Shown piece after piece: positions 10,792 through 20,689 of a stretch of DNA of 64,000 bases (its first letter is position 1; each line of letters opens with the position of its first letter). The notes beneath the pieces were generated by a model. It did not search any database. It had not been told where the DNA came from and was given only the letters and a program-made list of their open reading frames with translations. Source of the stretch: an uncultured Nitrososphaerales archaeon. Its GTDB lineage: Archaea; Thermoproteota; Nitrososphaeria; Nitrososphaerales; Nitrososphaeraceae. A program made the translations under genes and the position numbers. The DNA lies in assembly GCA_963695855.1 (NCBI GenBank), contig CAVOHZ010000008.1:384001-448000 (forward strand), given 5' to 3'.

Positions 10792-12498
10792 ATGGAATTA
10801 ATACAGATATCTAATGTTACGAAAAAGGTTTCAACAACTAAAAAAACCATCAGATATACCCAAAGTATATGTCCAGATTGTAATATGATCTTAGATGCAG
10901 AAGTATTTGAAAGGGATGGTAAAGTCTTCATGACAAAGACGTGTGCATCACATGGTGAATGCGAAGAATTGTACTTTGGTTCTGTCGATATGTACAAAAA
11001 GTTTAGTACTTATTGGAAAGATGGTAAAGGTGCACATGCTCCCAATGTTATGGTAGATAAATGTGCATGTCCAACAAATTGTGGATTATGTACCAATCAT
11101 TTATCACATTCTGGATTATCTAACATGATAGTCACCAACAGATGTGATTTGACATGTTGGTATTGTTTCTTTTATGTAAAAAAGGGCCTTGAAGGTGCAT
11201 ATCTCTATGAACCTAACTATGAACAAATTAGAGCCATGATGAAAACCCTTAAAGCAGAAAGACCAATAGCAGGAAATTCAATTCAAATCACTGGTGGTGA
11301 ACCAATGTTACGCGATGATCTAACCGAAGTAATAAAAATTATGAAGGAAGAAGGAGTAGATCATGTTCAATTAAATACTAATGGTATCAAGTTAGCAATG
11401 TCTCCAGAAACAATGCGTCAAGTAAGAACAGCTGGTGTAAGCAATCTTTATCTTTCTTTTGATGGTGTTACTCCTCGAACTAATCCTAAAAACCATTGGG
11501 AGATACCATATACTCTTGAATCTGCACGAAAGTGTGGAATGACCGTAGTTTTTGTCCCAACTGTAATAAAATCTATAAACGATCACGAATTAGGAGGAAT
11601 AATTAGGTATGCTCAGAAGAACATGGATGTTGTTCATGCAGTCAACTTCCAACCTGTATCACTGACTGGTAGAATGGGCAAAAAGGAACGAGAAAAATAT
11701 AGGATAACAATCCCTGATTGTATTGAACGAATCGAAGAACAAACCAATGGTGAAATTTCAACAGATTCTTGGTTCCCAGTTCCATCTTGTATGCCAATGA
11801 CTGATGTAATTGAAGCATTCAGTAAAAAACCAAAATACGAGTTATCTATTCACTTTGCTTGTGGTGCAGGTACATATGTATTCGAAGATGTCCAAACTAA
11901 AAAATTAACTCCACTAACCTCTTTTGTAGATATTAAGGGCTTACTGGAATACTTTGAAGAAAAGGCAGACGAAATACGTTCCGGTGCTAATAGATACTGG
12001 CAAACGCTAGAAGTTGTACGTAAATTAAATCAATTTGTAGATAAAACAAAGCAACCTCATGGATTGGATTTAGCGAAGATGTTTTCTAGCATATTATTAA
12101 AACGTAATTTTGATGCAGTGGGTTCATGGCATGTTAGATCGCTTTTCCTTGGAATGATGCATTTCCAAGATAAATATAATGAAGATTTAGAAAGATTACA
12201 AAGATGCGATATTCATTATTTGACACCAGATCTTAGAATAGTACCTTTCTGTGCATTCAATGTTATTCCAGAGTGGTATAGAGATAGAATTCAAAAGAAA
12301 TATAGTATTCCAGTTGAAGAGTGGGAAAAAGCTCACGGTCAAACGTTAGAAGCTGGACTGTATCGAGGATTAATGCGACGTGGTAAACCAGAGGCACAAA
12401 TGGGTTGCGCATTATCTGAAATGCACAAGGCCGCTGCAGAAAGTGAAATAGAAGATCATAAGGCGGTAGAATTAAGAAGCGGTATGGCCGGAGCATAA
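10792..12498 (+). CDS. tes: Tetraether lipid synthase (radical SAM, GDGT macrocyclase)
   Basis: N-terminal TQSICPDC/CASHG, CPTNCGLC, radical SAM TNRCDLTCWYCF, TGGEP, HFACG and RCDIHY/PFCAFN, which is the MJ0619/Tes architecture. Confidence 0.9.
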   Translation: MELIQISNVTKKVSTTKKTIRYTQSICPDCNMILDAEVFERDGKVFMTKTCASHGECEELYFGSVDMYKKFSTYWKDGKGAHAPNVMVDKCACPTNCGLCTNHLSHSGLSNMIVTNRCDLTCWYCFFYVKKGLEGAYLYEPNYEQIRAMMKTLKAERPIAGNSIQITGGEPMLRDDLTEVIKIMKEEGVDHVQLNTNGIKLAMSPETMRQVRTAGVSNLYLSFDGVTPRTNPKNHWEIPYTLESARKCGMTVVFVPTVIKSINDHELGGIIRYAQKNMDVVHAVNFQPVSLTGRMGKKEREKYRITIPDCIERIEEQTNGEISTDSWFPVPSCMPMTDVIEAFSKKPKYELSIHFACGAGTYVFEDVQTKKLTPLTSFVDIKGLLEYFEEKADEIRSGANRYWQTLEVVRKLNQFVDKTKQPHGLDLAKMFSSILLKRNFDAVGSWHVRSLFLGMMHFQDKYNEDLERLQRCDIHYLTPDLRIVPFCAFNVIPEWYRDRIQKKYSIPVEEWEKAHGQTLEAGLYRGLMRRGKPEAQMGCALSEMHKAAAESEIEDHKAVELRSGMAGA

Positions 12499-12628
12499 TA
12501 TCATTTTAATCATTTTTTTGAAGATTATTTCACAGCTATTGATTTTGTACGCTTGATTCTCTAATTTATTTAATTTAATCATTTTTTATTCAATACCTTT
12601 AATTTATGTATGATAATCGAATAATATT

Positions 12629-13492
12629 ATGTCTACCATGAAATATGTTCTTCTGGAACCTATGGGTGAAATTGCAGTTATAAAGATCAACAGACCTGAT
12701 GCATTAAATGCCATGAATTTTGATGTATTATGGGAATTATCTAAAACTATTGATATTGTTGGGGCAGATGAATCTATTAAGGCAGTTATTATAACAGGCT
12801 CTGGCGAAAGATCATTTTGTGCTGGAGCCGATATCGCTTATATGGTTAATATCAATCCTGTAGAGGCAGAAAAGTACGCATCTTCTGCTCAATCAGTGTT
12901 GAACAAGATTGAAAAATTAGAAAAACCAGTAATTGCTGCTGTAAATGGTTTTGCTTTGGGTGGCGGATGTGAGTTAGCTCTCGTTTGTGATATTCGAATC
13001 GCGTCATCTAACGCAAAAATAGGACAACCAGAAGTATCAATAGGCATACCCCCTGGCTGGGGTGGTACGCAAAGATTACTAAGAATAGTGGGACCATCCA
13101 AAGCGAAAGAATTGATTTTTACTGGAAAAATGATTAGTGCAGAAGAGGCTTATGAAATAGGATTAGTAAACATTTTAGTCAAATTAACTCATGAAGACAC
13201 TATCCCAGATGAAGTATCTCAAGATGATGTAGTTAAGGTAAAGGAAAGAGAAAAAGAAATCGCAAAAGTTCTAAATACCAAGTTACTTAACCAAGCTATT
13301 TCTCTAACAAAGGAAATCACAAAGAACAGTTATAATGCTGTCAAAGCTAGCAAGTTGCTAATTAACAAGGGTATGGACATGGATATTGATTCGGGCCTAA
13401 GAATGGAAATATATGCATGGGCGCTATGTTTTGCGCATGAAGATAGACAAAAACTTATGTCAGAATTTTTAAATAAAAGTAAAAAGAAGTAA
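12629..13492 (+). CDS. Enoyl-CoA hydratase, probably the crotonyl-CoA hydratase/3-hydroxypropionyl-CoA dehydratase of the 3HP/4HB cycle
   Basis: INRPDALNA, FCAGADI, ALGGGCEL, GQPEV and PGWGGTQRL motifs. Pathway role inferred from the AOA context. Confidence 0.85.
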   Translation: MSTMKYVLLEPMGEIAVIKINRPDALNAMNFDVLWELSKTIDIVGADESIKAVIITGSGERSFCAGADIAYMVNINPVEAEKYASSAQSVLNKIEKLEKPVIAAVNGFALGGGCELALVCDIRIASSNAKIGQPEVSIGIPPGWGGTQRLLRIVGPSKAKELIFTGKMISAEEAYEIGLVNILVKLTHEDTIPDEVSQDDVVKVKEREKEIAKVLNTKLLNQAISLTKEITKNSYNAVKASKLLINKGMDMDIDSGLRMEIYAWALCFAHEDRQKLMSEFLNKSKKK

Positions 13493-13561
13493 AATTAGAA
13501 CTAATGAATGATTGGCGATAATAATCACTAATAAAAGATTCTAAATACAAAATAATCACTA

Positions 13562-14527
13562 TCAATATTCATTTGTTTGTATAACCTTTGCACCATCACT
13601 TGGTTTACATAGGTAAACCTCGTTGTTTATATTTGAATCATTAAATCCTTTTTCAATCGCATTAATGATCTTATCTGAATATTTGTCCGTTTTTAGTATT
13701 GCTACAATTGATGGACCTGCACCACTAATGGTGAAAGCTAATGCACCTGCATTAAGAGCATATTTTTTCACAACATCATATCCTGGAATCATTTTCTTTC
13801 TCACAGGCTCTACTATCATATCTTCCATACCTCTAGAAATCATTTCTACATCTTTTAAAGCAAATCCCGCAACTATGGTGCTAGCATTAGCTATGTTTTT
13901 AATAACATTTTCTAATGGCACACTATGTGGAAGTATATTTCTTGCAGCTTCTGTCTTTTTTTTTGGTACTGGTATCTTTGGTATTCCTACTATAATATTG
14001 AGATCATTCGGTGGTTCGATTTTTATTAAATCAATTTTTGGAAAAGTTCTTACTATTACAAATCCCCCTAGCAATGAGCATGCAACATTGTCATAATGCT
14101 TGGTACCTGCAGAAGCGATCTCTCCTTCGGCTGCATACTCCACCAACCTCTTCTTGTCAAGTTGTAGCGCAAATAATTCATTAAATGCATACGCCGCGGC
14201 AACTGAAGAAGCAGCACTACTACCAATTCCATAACCTGCTGGCACACATTTTTTAATCTCTATTTCTATATCATTTTGTATCCTAAAATCTTCTGCCATT
14301 TTTTTAACTACAATGCTAGAAGAATTATGTTCTATTTCTATGGGAATTTTTGGTTCTGATTGTATAATTTTATTTATTATAATTTTCTGATTCTTTGATT
14401 GTTTCTTTATCACTTTAACCTCATCTTCAAATAGGTTTAGGGCCAATCCAAAAGTATCAAATCCAGGACCAAGATTAGCTGTGGAAGAAGGTGCAGTAGC
14501 AATACAGAAACTTTCTGTCATGATCAA
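13562..14527 (-). CDS. thrB: Homoserine kinase
   Basis: APSSTANLGPGFD, PAGYGIGSSAAS, HYDNV and ISGAGPS motifs. Confidence 0.96.
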   Translation of the reverse strand: MIMTESFCIATAPSSTANLGPGFDTFGLALNLFEDEVKVIKKQSKNQKIIINKIIQSEPKIPIEIEHNSSSIVVKKMAEDFRIQNDIEIEIKKCVPAGYGIGSSAASSVAAAYAFNELFALQLDKKRLVEYAAEGEIASAGTKHYDNVACSLLGGFVIVRTFPKIDLIKIEPPNDLNIIVGIPKIPVPKKKTEAARNILPHSVPLENVIKNIANASTIVAGFALKDVEMISRGMEDMIVEPVRKKMIPGYDVVKKYALNAGALAFTISGAGPSIVAILKTDKYSDKIINAIEKGFNDSNINNEVYLCKPSDGAKVIQTNEY

Positions 14528-15282
14528 TATTGAATTTCTTCCCCTTGATTAAGTATTCTTGATAATGTGGCAGATAGATCTATAAATCCATTCATGGTTA
14601 AATTTGAGACTCCAATCAATTCATTGCCTAGAGCATTTTCAGAAAGATTTCTAATAATATCCTTGCTAAGTAATGAAAACTCATAATCATTTTCTTTATC
14701 TAATGCTTCCCTTAGAGCTGAATCAGAAGACGACCATTCTAAAATATTCTCTAAATCATTCAAAATCAAATCTTTTTTTGATAATACGTTAATCTGAGGT
14801 GTTCTTAATCTTAGATTAATTGATGCAGATAAAAGTGATAGCGATACAAAATTTATTGGTGAGGAAACCAAAACCCCATCCATCAAAAATATTGTTGCCT
14901 TATTTTCTGAATTAATATTAGCAACAATATAAGGTCCACTGGATCGATAGGAAAAAAGTTCGATTTGACCAGGAGTATCGACTAATACGTAATCTGGACT
15001 TAATCTGTCTATCTCTGTTTGTATCTCTCCGATCTTTGTCGCAATCAAATCATATGCCATGATTATCGAACCATTTGGTCCCAAACTATATGTCTCTTTT
15101 AGCTCATTGATATCTATGTAATCTCGAATGTCTATATCTGGATTGTATGGTAAATTTTCTACTGCTGGATCCAAATTCAGTGTAATCGATAAATTGTCAC
15201 GATCTTTATACCATTGGTCAAGTCTAGAAGTTAATAATGACTTTCCAGAGCCAGCAGTTCCAGTAATAAAAATCGTATTCAT
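14524..15282 (-). CDS. GPN-loop GTPase
   Basis: GTAGSGKS, NLDPA, LGPNG and DTPGQIE motifs. Overlaps the thrB start by 4 nt. Confidence 0.93.
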   Translation of the reverse strand: MNTIFITGTAGSGKSLLTSRLDQWYKDRDNLSITLNLDPAVENLPYNPDIDIRDYIDINELKETYSLGPNGSIIMAYDLIATKIGEIQTEIDRLSPDYVLVDTPGQIELFSYRSSGPYIVANINSENKATIFLMDGVLVSSPINFVSLSLLSASINLRLRTPQINVLSKKDLILNDLENILEWSSSDSALREALDKENDYEFSLLSKDIIRNLSENALGNELIGVSNLTMNGFIDLSATLSRILNQGEEIQY

Positions 15283-15438
15283 ATGAAATTATTCTTTAAT
15301 TTTCAAATATTAGGATTTTAATTAATATCTTCCTATAGGCTATATGTATGATGTCATCGTAAAATCAATTAATCAAAAAATTATATTATTAAATTGATTG
15401 ATTATTATATACCTAAATTAGTTTACTGATTAGAGATA

Positions 15439-16476
15439 TTGAACTGGCGGTTCATAGCGATTATTGTTAGTCTTCTTCCTATCCTTTTATTGTTCATTTT
15501 CTCTCCGATATCAATAAGTGATATCTTTAGTGTTGGATTGTTTCCTTTTATCCTTTCGGTCATCTTTAGCTTAGGGAAGATATTTTTACAATCATATAGG
15601 TTTAAATATTTTGTAGACAATTTTTTAGGATATAAAATCTCTTCTACCTCCAAACTCATGTCAATAAGAGTAGGCAGTGAATTCGTTACCAACACAACTC
15701 CTTCATATGTTGGTGGAGAAATTATTAGAATTGCTTGGTTGACTCGAAATAATGTTCCTGCTGGTATATCTGCATGGATTGCTACAATGGAAATAATTGC
15801 TGATGTATTTGTTGGAACGACTCTTGCATTGATTGCAGGAATCATCGCCCTTTATCATGGGGCAACGTTGATAGGTATTATCACAATTTTGGTCTCTCTT
15901 TTGGTTTTAGGTTTTTGGTTACTGGTAATTATTTTTTCAGCCAAATATAACATTCAATTGCCTAATTTTGTTACAAAATTAATTAAAAGGTTTTTGTCTA
16001 AGGAAAGATCATATAAAATTATCAATTACACAAATTCTGCTATCGGCGACCTCTGTACTATGAGCAAAGAAAATTTTAACTCCTCAAAAACATTCAAGAT
16101 TTTCTTTGTTGGTATTTTTCTTACATTTTTAGCATTTGTATGCCATGGAGCGTCCTTTTTAATTTTAGGGGAATTGGTAGAATCCAATTTGGGATTATTT
16201 GATTCAATACTAGCGACTGCTGCTTCGACCCAGCTAGGCAGTTTACCAATAACTATTGGAGGTTCAGGGATAACAGAACTGGGTCTTTGGGCGTATGTTT
16301 CTGGTCTCAATCATATACCATCATTAAATGATGTTTTAGGAGATTCGCATTTAAAAGTAATAATATCTTGGAGGATTGCCTCTTATCATATTCCATTGAT
16401 TATAATGTGGATTGTCTTGATGAGAATAACAGTCGATAAAGGGATTACTTCTAAAAAGAAGAAATTATCTGAATAA
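15439..16476 (+). CDS. Lysylphosphatidylglycerol-synthase TM/flippase-like membrane protein
   Basis: Multi-TM protein with TPSYVGGE, PITIGGSGITE and SWRIASY motifs. Confidence 0.85.
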   Translation: MNWRFIAIIVSLLPILLLFIFSPISISDIFSVGLFPFILSVIFSLGKIFLQSYRFKYFVDNFLGYKISSTSKLMSIRVGSEFVTNTTPSYVGGEIIRIAWLTRNNVPAGISAWIATMEIIADVFVGTTLALIAGIIALYHGATLIGIITILVSLLVLGFWLLVIIFSAKYNIQLPNFVTKLIKRFLSKERSYKIINYTNSAIGDLCTMSKENFNSSKTFKIFFVGIFLTFLAFVCHGASFLILGELVESNLGLFDSILATAASTQLGSLPITIGGSGITELGLWAYVSGLNHIPSLNDVLGDSHLKVIISWRIASYHIPLIIMWIVLMRITVDKGITSKKKKLSE

Positions 16477-16597
16477 GTATTAAACTAGGAAAATAGTTTC
16501 TAGTTTCAAGTAAAAGAAAATGAAAAAAACAAAATTTGAAATACCAAATAATTTTAAGTATTGAATTTTATATATTTGTATGGAACTATTATGTTCC

Positions 16598-17041
16598 CTA
16601 CGCTTCATCATCAACATCAACATCTGTAGGCCCTTTAATTGCTTCTTCAGATTCAACATCCATCAGTTGTAATTCAATTAATTCAAATTGATAAATGTGA
16701 TCCATTTCTAACATGTATTGCATCTTGAGAAATTCTCTAGTTTTTTCACTAAGTTTTCCCTTTGACATTTTTATCTTAAATTCATAAACAAATCCCTTCA
16801 TACAATTGGAAATATCTTGAGATTTTGGAATCTCAATTCCCTCTATAATGGTTCGACCATCAGGTATTGATTCATATAATTGTATGTCTAATTTATTATC
16901 ATTGTAATATGTTTCTAGTATATATCCAGTCCTATTTAGTATTTCAGATTCAGCTAATTCGATAGATCTTATTTCATCCTCCACCCATTGAGGAATTCCT
17001 TCTCTTTCTGATGTTTTGCTTGAGCTTTTGGTTCTCGGCAT
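16598..17041 (-). CDS. Hypothetical protein with acidic C-terminus
   Basis: 147-aa ATG-initiated ORF with an AT-rich TATA-like element upstream. Confidence 0.75.
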   Translation of the reverse strand: MPRTKSSSKTSEREGIPQWVEDEIRSIELAESEILNRTGYILETYYNDNKLDIQLYESIPDGRTIIEGIEIPKSQDISNCMKGFVYEFKIKMSKGKLSEKTREFLKMQYMLEMDHIYQFELIELQLMDVESEEAIKGPTDVDVDDEA

Positions 17042-17794
17042 TTTATTTATTATTAGAATATTTAACTAGATAAAAGTTTTCCATATCATAATCAAGTTTC
17101 TAGAGCGTCAATCTTAGAATATTTTTCTAATAGCCTATTTTCTTATATTTTGCTAATATATCTAAATTTAATCTTGATCTTGTCTAATAAAAATAATTGC
17201 CTTTTAGTCGCGAAATATGGTTCAATTTTTTTCATAAATATATCATAATTCTTGTCTAAGAAATTCACTTATGTTATTGGTGCGAAATCATCTGACCATC
17301 TATTTATTTCTCTGTAAATTCATTTTAAATTCAGATTTTCAAATTCCTCTAATTTACTACATTTTTCATAGAAGATTCTAAATTTTTCAGATCCAGCTTC
17401 ATATTTTCCAATCAACTGATTACTGATTAGTTGAGAGTCTCATCGGATTCATGTGAATGTTTTTTCCCATTTTTTCTTTAGCATAAGTGTACTAATTTTA
17501 CCACTCGTGTATACTCTTCAACATTATTGAAGCCTTTGAAATATATTCGTAAGCAATGTGCACTGTCTCATAAACAATAGAAAATTTTTATCATTTTTTA
17601 GCATTATAAAACCATACCAATATGTCTGTTCGGAGATATAAGGATTGCACCTCCCATCAAAATCGTCTACAAAAGACTCGATCAGATCCATAGAACAACA
17701 CATGGAAAATTTTCAACGATAGTTTTCAATGATAAATAAATATTTCATTTTTAAAAACTTCCTTGAACAAACGCATATTATCTTTTGCTGATTC

Positions 17795-18358
17795 TTAATT
17801 CTTGTTTACAATTTCGGCTAAATGCTTAATATCACTTTCAAAATCCAAAATCAGATTTCTATTGTAAATTGTAGCTGCAGGATGGTATGTTATAAAATAA
17901 TCTATCCCATTCTTTCTTAAAATCTTTCCTCTATGTTGACTTATTGATTTGATATCTAGAATATAAGAGCCCGCAACGTTTCCCAATATACATATTATTT
18001 TTGGTTTTAAAAGGTTGATTTGTCTAGCAAGATAATTTGAACATGTATCTTTCTCATGATTCTTAGGTTGTCTGTTGTTTGGAGGTTTACATTTTACAAT
18101 ATTTGTAATAAATACATCTTCAATATCAATACCACATTTAATTAATGTTTTTCTCAAGATCATTCCTGCCGTACCCACAAATGGTCTTCCACTTTGATCT
18201 TCATTAAATCCCGGAGCTTCCCCTATGATCATTAACTTTTTTCTAAATTCTCCTTCGCCAGGTACTGCATTCTTTCTAGTATCTGAAAGTGCACATAAGG
18301 TACATATTCTAATCTCATTTGCTATTTTATCCATTGTCTCCGTATTAACATAATCCAT
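17795..18358 (-). CDS. udg: Family 4 uracil-DNA glycosylase
   Basis: CTLC Fe-S ligands, IGEAPG, GRPFVG, NIVKCKPPNNR and TYHPA motifs. Confidence 0.95.
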   Translation of the reverse strand: MDYVNTETMDKIANEIRICTLCALSDTRKNAVPGEGEFRKKLMIIGEAPGFNEDQSGRPFVGTAGMILRKTLIKCGIDIEDVFITNIVKCKPPNNRQPKNHEKDTCSNYLARQINLLKPKIICILGNVAGSYILDIKSISQHRGKILRKNGIDYFITYHPAATIYNRNLILDFESDIKHLAEIVNKN

Positions 18359-18709
18359 TTTATCTTTTAGAAATTAGAATATCTCTTTAATGTTATATTA
18401 AATATTCTTTTTTACTATCTTTTAAATTTATATGAAAATCGAAAACCATTAGACATGTAATTCCTTATGTTACAGAACCTGGACAAATGTCGATCTTGAT
18501 AATATGGGATTATTTTAGCACAGATATTTTTGTAATGTATTATTAAGATTTATTATTAGATGTGTAATAGATAAATCGATCATAATCATATTTAAACCAC
18601 GTCAATAAATAGAATGTTTTGTACACAGTCACGTGAATGTTACATAAATATTATTCTTATTTGCATATACCAATTTCAGAATCTTTCGCAATGGATATAA
18701 AGACTCAAA

Positions 18710-19405
18710 TTGGTTCGAGAGTTACATCGAAATGTGAATATAGATAATTGTTTTTTTCCAGATAATCTTCTCTATGATATGGAAAATTTTGTCTGGGTTG
18801 ATATTTCTAATAAAAACTCCATTAAGTTAGGTATAACACCAATAATGTCGTCTATATCTGGCAGAGTGTTCTCTGTTAAATTAAAAGAAAAAAATATCAT
18901 TATTGCAAAGGGAAAAAGTGTCGGATCAATTGAAAGTTTAAAATATTTTGGAATAATAAGATCTCCAATTTCTGGCAAAATAGAAACTGAGAATAACAGA
19001 ATCATTGAAAAACCGAATTTGGTAAATGATAGTCCTTACGAACAAGGTTGGTTTGTAATAATTTATCCTACAAATTTAGAAAATGAATTAAAATATCTAA
19101 AGAACGCAAACGATTGTCGTGAACAATTGAAAATAATAATAAAAGATCTGAATGTTCGTTGTTTCAAGTATTTTCCAGACTACGAATTATATGAAATCGG
19201 ATCAGAATGCGTTGCGACACTGATGAAATTAGATGATTTGTTATCAACAATTAAGGTTGGTGAAATAGTATATTTAGTTTCAGATGATGTGACAGCAGAT
19301 ATTGAGCTTGAAAGATGGTCATTGGAGAATTCACAATCCGTTGTTGACATCAGAAAAGAGAAAAATCTTTTTCATTTTTTGATACGAAAAGAAAAAGATA
19401 TTTAA
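18710..19405 (+). CDS. Lipoyl-carrier (GcvH/LbpA-like) domain fused to a TusA/SirA-like sulfur-carrier domain
   Basis: CFFPDNLLYD, LGIT, GSIESLK (lipoyl-Lys position), SPISG and NDSPYEQGW in the N-terminal part. C-terminal ~75 aa has GSEC, VSDD, DIELERW and FHFLIRK. Confidence 0.85.
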   Translation: MVRELHRNVNIDNCFFPDNLLYDMENFVWVDISNKNSIKLGITPIMSSISGRVFSVKLKEKNIIIAKGKSVGSIESLKYFGIIRSPISGKIETENNRIIEKPNLVNDSPYEQGWFVIIYPTNLENELKYLKNANDCREQLKIIIKDLNVRCFKYFPDYELYEIGSECVATLMKLDDLLSTIKVGEIVYLVSDDVTADIELERWSLENSQSVVDIRKEKNLFHFLIRKEKDI

Positions 19406-19419
19406 AACTTCTATTGTAT

Positions 19420-20262
19420 TTATTTTTCTATTGGATTTGCTATCATATTTCCCCATTCTGTCCAAGACCCGTCATAATTCTTTACATCTTTATAACCTAA
19501 CAAATGTCTTAAAACAAACCATGTATGAGATGAACGTTCTCCTATTCTGCAGTATGTAATTACCTCTTTGTCCGGCGTAATTCCAGCTGATTCATATAGA
19601 TTTAAAAGATCATCGGCAGATTTGAATGTTCCATCCTCGTTTACTGCCTTAGACCATGGAATATTTACAGCACCGGGGATATGACCTCCTCTTTGTGCAT
19701 GTTCAGTTGGGTATTCGGGAGGTGCAGTGATCTGACCAGTAAATTCTGCTGGACTCCTTACATCAATTCTTACAGTCTTTTCAGATTGTAAAGAGTCTCT
19801 AACCTGATTTAAAAAAGACCTTAAATTTAAGTCTGGTTCACCAGGGAGTATATTTCCAGTAGTAAATGCAGGTATCTCTTTTGAAATTGGTCGGTCTTCT
19901 TCTAGCCATTTTTTCCTGCCTCCATTCATTATTTTAATGTTTTTCAAACCATAATATTCAAACACCCAAAAAGCGAAAGCAGCGAACCAATTGTTAAAAT
20001 CACCGTATAAAACTAAAGTGGTATCGTCATTTATTCCAGCTTTTTGTAGCAAGTTCAAACAATCATCCTTTGAAATAATATTTCTTGTAACCGGATCATT
20101 GATATCATTCTTCCAATCGAATATTACAGAATTTGGTATGTGGCCAAGAAAATAATTTGTCTTTGGATCATAATCCACCTCAGCTATACGTACTTTGTCA
20201 TCATTAAGGTGTTCTTCTACCCACTTTGTATCTACAAGTACATTAGGATTAGAGTACTCCAT
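19420..20262 (-). CDS. Tandem-domain rhodanese/thiosulfate sulfurtransferase (CysA/SseA type)
   Basis: GHIPNS, DVRSPAEF, GHIPGA, active loop YCRIGERS and YDGSWTEW. Confidence 0.95.
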   Translation of the reverse strand: MEYSNPNVLVDTKWVEEHLNDDKVRIAEVDYDPKTNYFLGHIPNSVIFDWKNDINDPVTRNIISKDDCLNLLQKAGINDDTTLVLYGDFNNWFAAFAFWVFEYYGLKNIKIMNGGRKKWLEEDRPISKEIPAFTTGNILPGEPDLNLRSFLNQVRDSLQSEKTVRIDVRSPAEFTGQITAPPEYPTEHAQRGGHIPGAVNIPWSKAVNEDGTFKSADDLLNLYESAGITPDKEVITYCRIGERSSHTWFVLRHLLGYKDVKNYDGSWTEWGNMIANPIEK

Positions 20263-20359
20263 TAGTAATATAATTAAAACGCCGTTATAAAAATTAAATC
20301 TTCTAAAAATCCTTTATGCTTTTAAATTAAATTAAATATCTGAAATTTACATTTACAAT

Positions 20360-20689
20360 ATGGATAAATTAGATTATATTTTTCAAATGCAAAAGGATTT
20401 AGAAAAATATGTTACTACTTCTCGATATCCCGAAAAGCTAGAGGATAGAATTTCAGCTTTGTCTGTAGCAATAATTCATGAAGCAGTAGAGCTCCAAAGA
20501 TTAACAAATTGGAAGTGGTGGAAAACACCAGTAGATTTTGATCTTAAACTTGCAAAAGAGGAATTGATAGATATCCTACATTTCATTATACAAGTTTCAA
20601 TAGAACTAGGAATGAGTCCTTCCGAAATATTACAAGAATTTTCAAATAAACATTCTGTAAATATGAACAGACAAAAAACTAACTACTAG
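20360..20689 (+). CDS. All-alpha (dimeric-type) dUTP diphosphatase / NTP pyrophosphatase
   Basis: HEAVEL, WKWWK, EELIDILHF and NMNRQ motifs. Confidence 0.85.
   Translation: MDKLDYIFQMQKDLEKYVTTSRYPEKLEDRISALSVAIIHEAVELQRLTNWKWWKTPVDFDLKLAKEELIDILHFIIQVSIELGMSPSEILQEFSNKHSVNMNRQKTNY

Noticed and set aside
13623-14096. Antisense ORFs overlapping real genes (also 989-1267, 3640-3975, 8783-9067, 15423-15845, 41331-41642, 56955-57287 and others)
   Set aside because: Shadow frames of well-supported genes on the opposite strand, with no recognisable motifs.
16482-16506. Hairpin AAACTAGGA...TTCTAGTTT between convergent genes as a terminator
   Set aside because: Weak AT-rich stem, and archaeal termination relies mainly on U-tracts, so it cannot be supported.
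18710-19405. Ordinary glycine cleavage H protein (gcvH)
   Set aside because: It has an extra TusA-like domain and LbpA-like terminal cysteines, and there is no gcvP/gcvT in the window. Symbol withheld.
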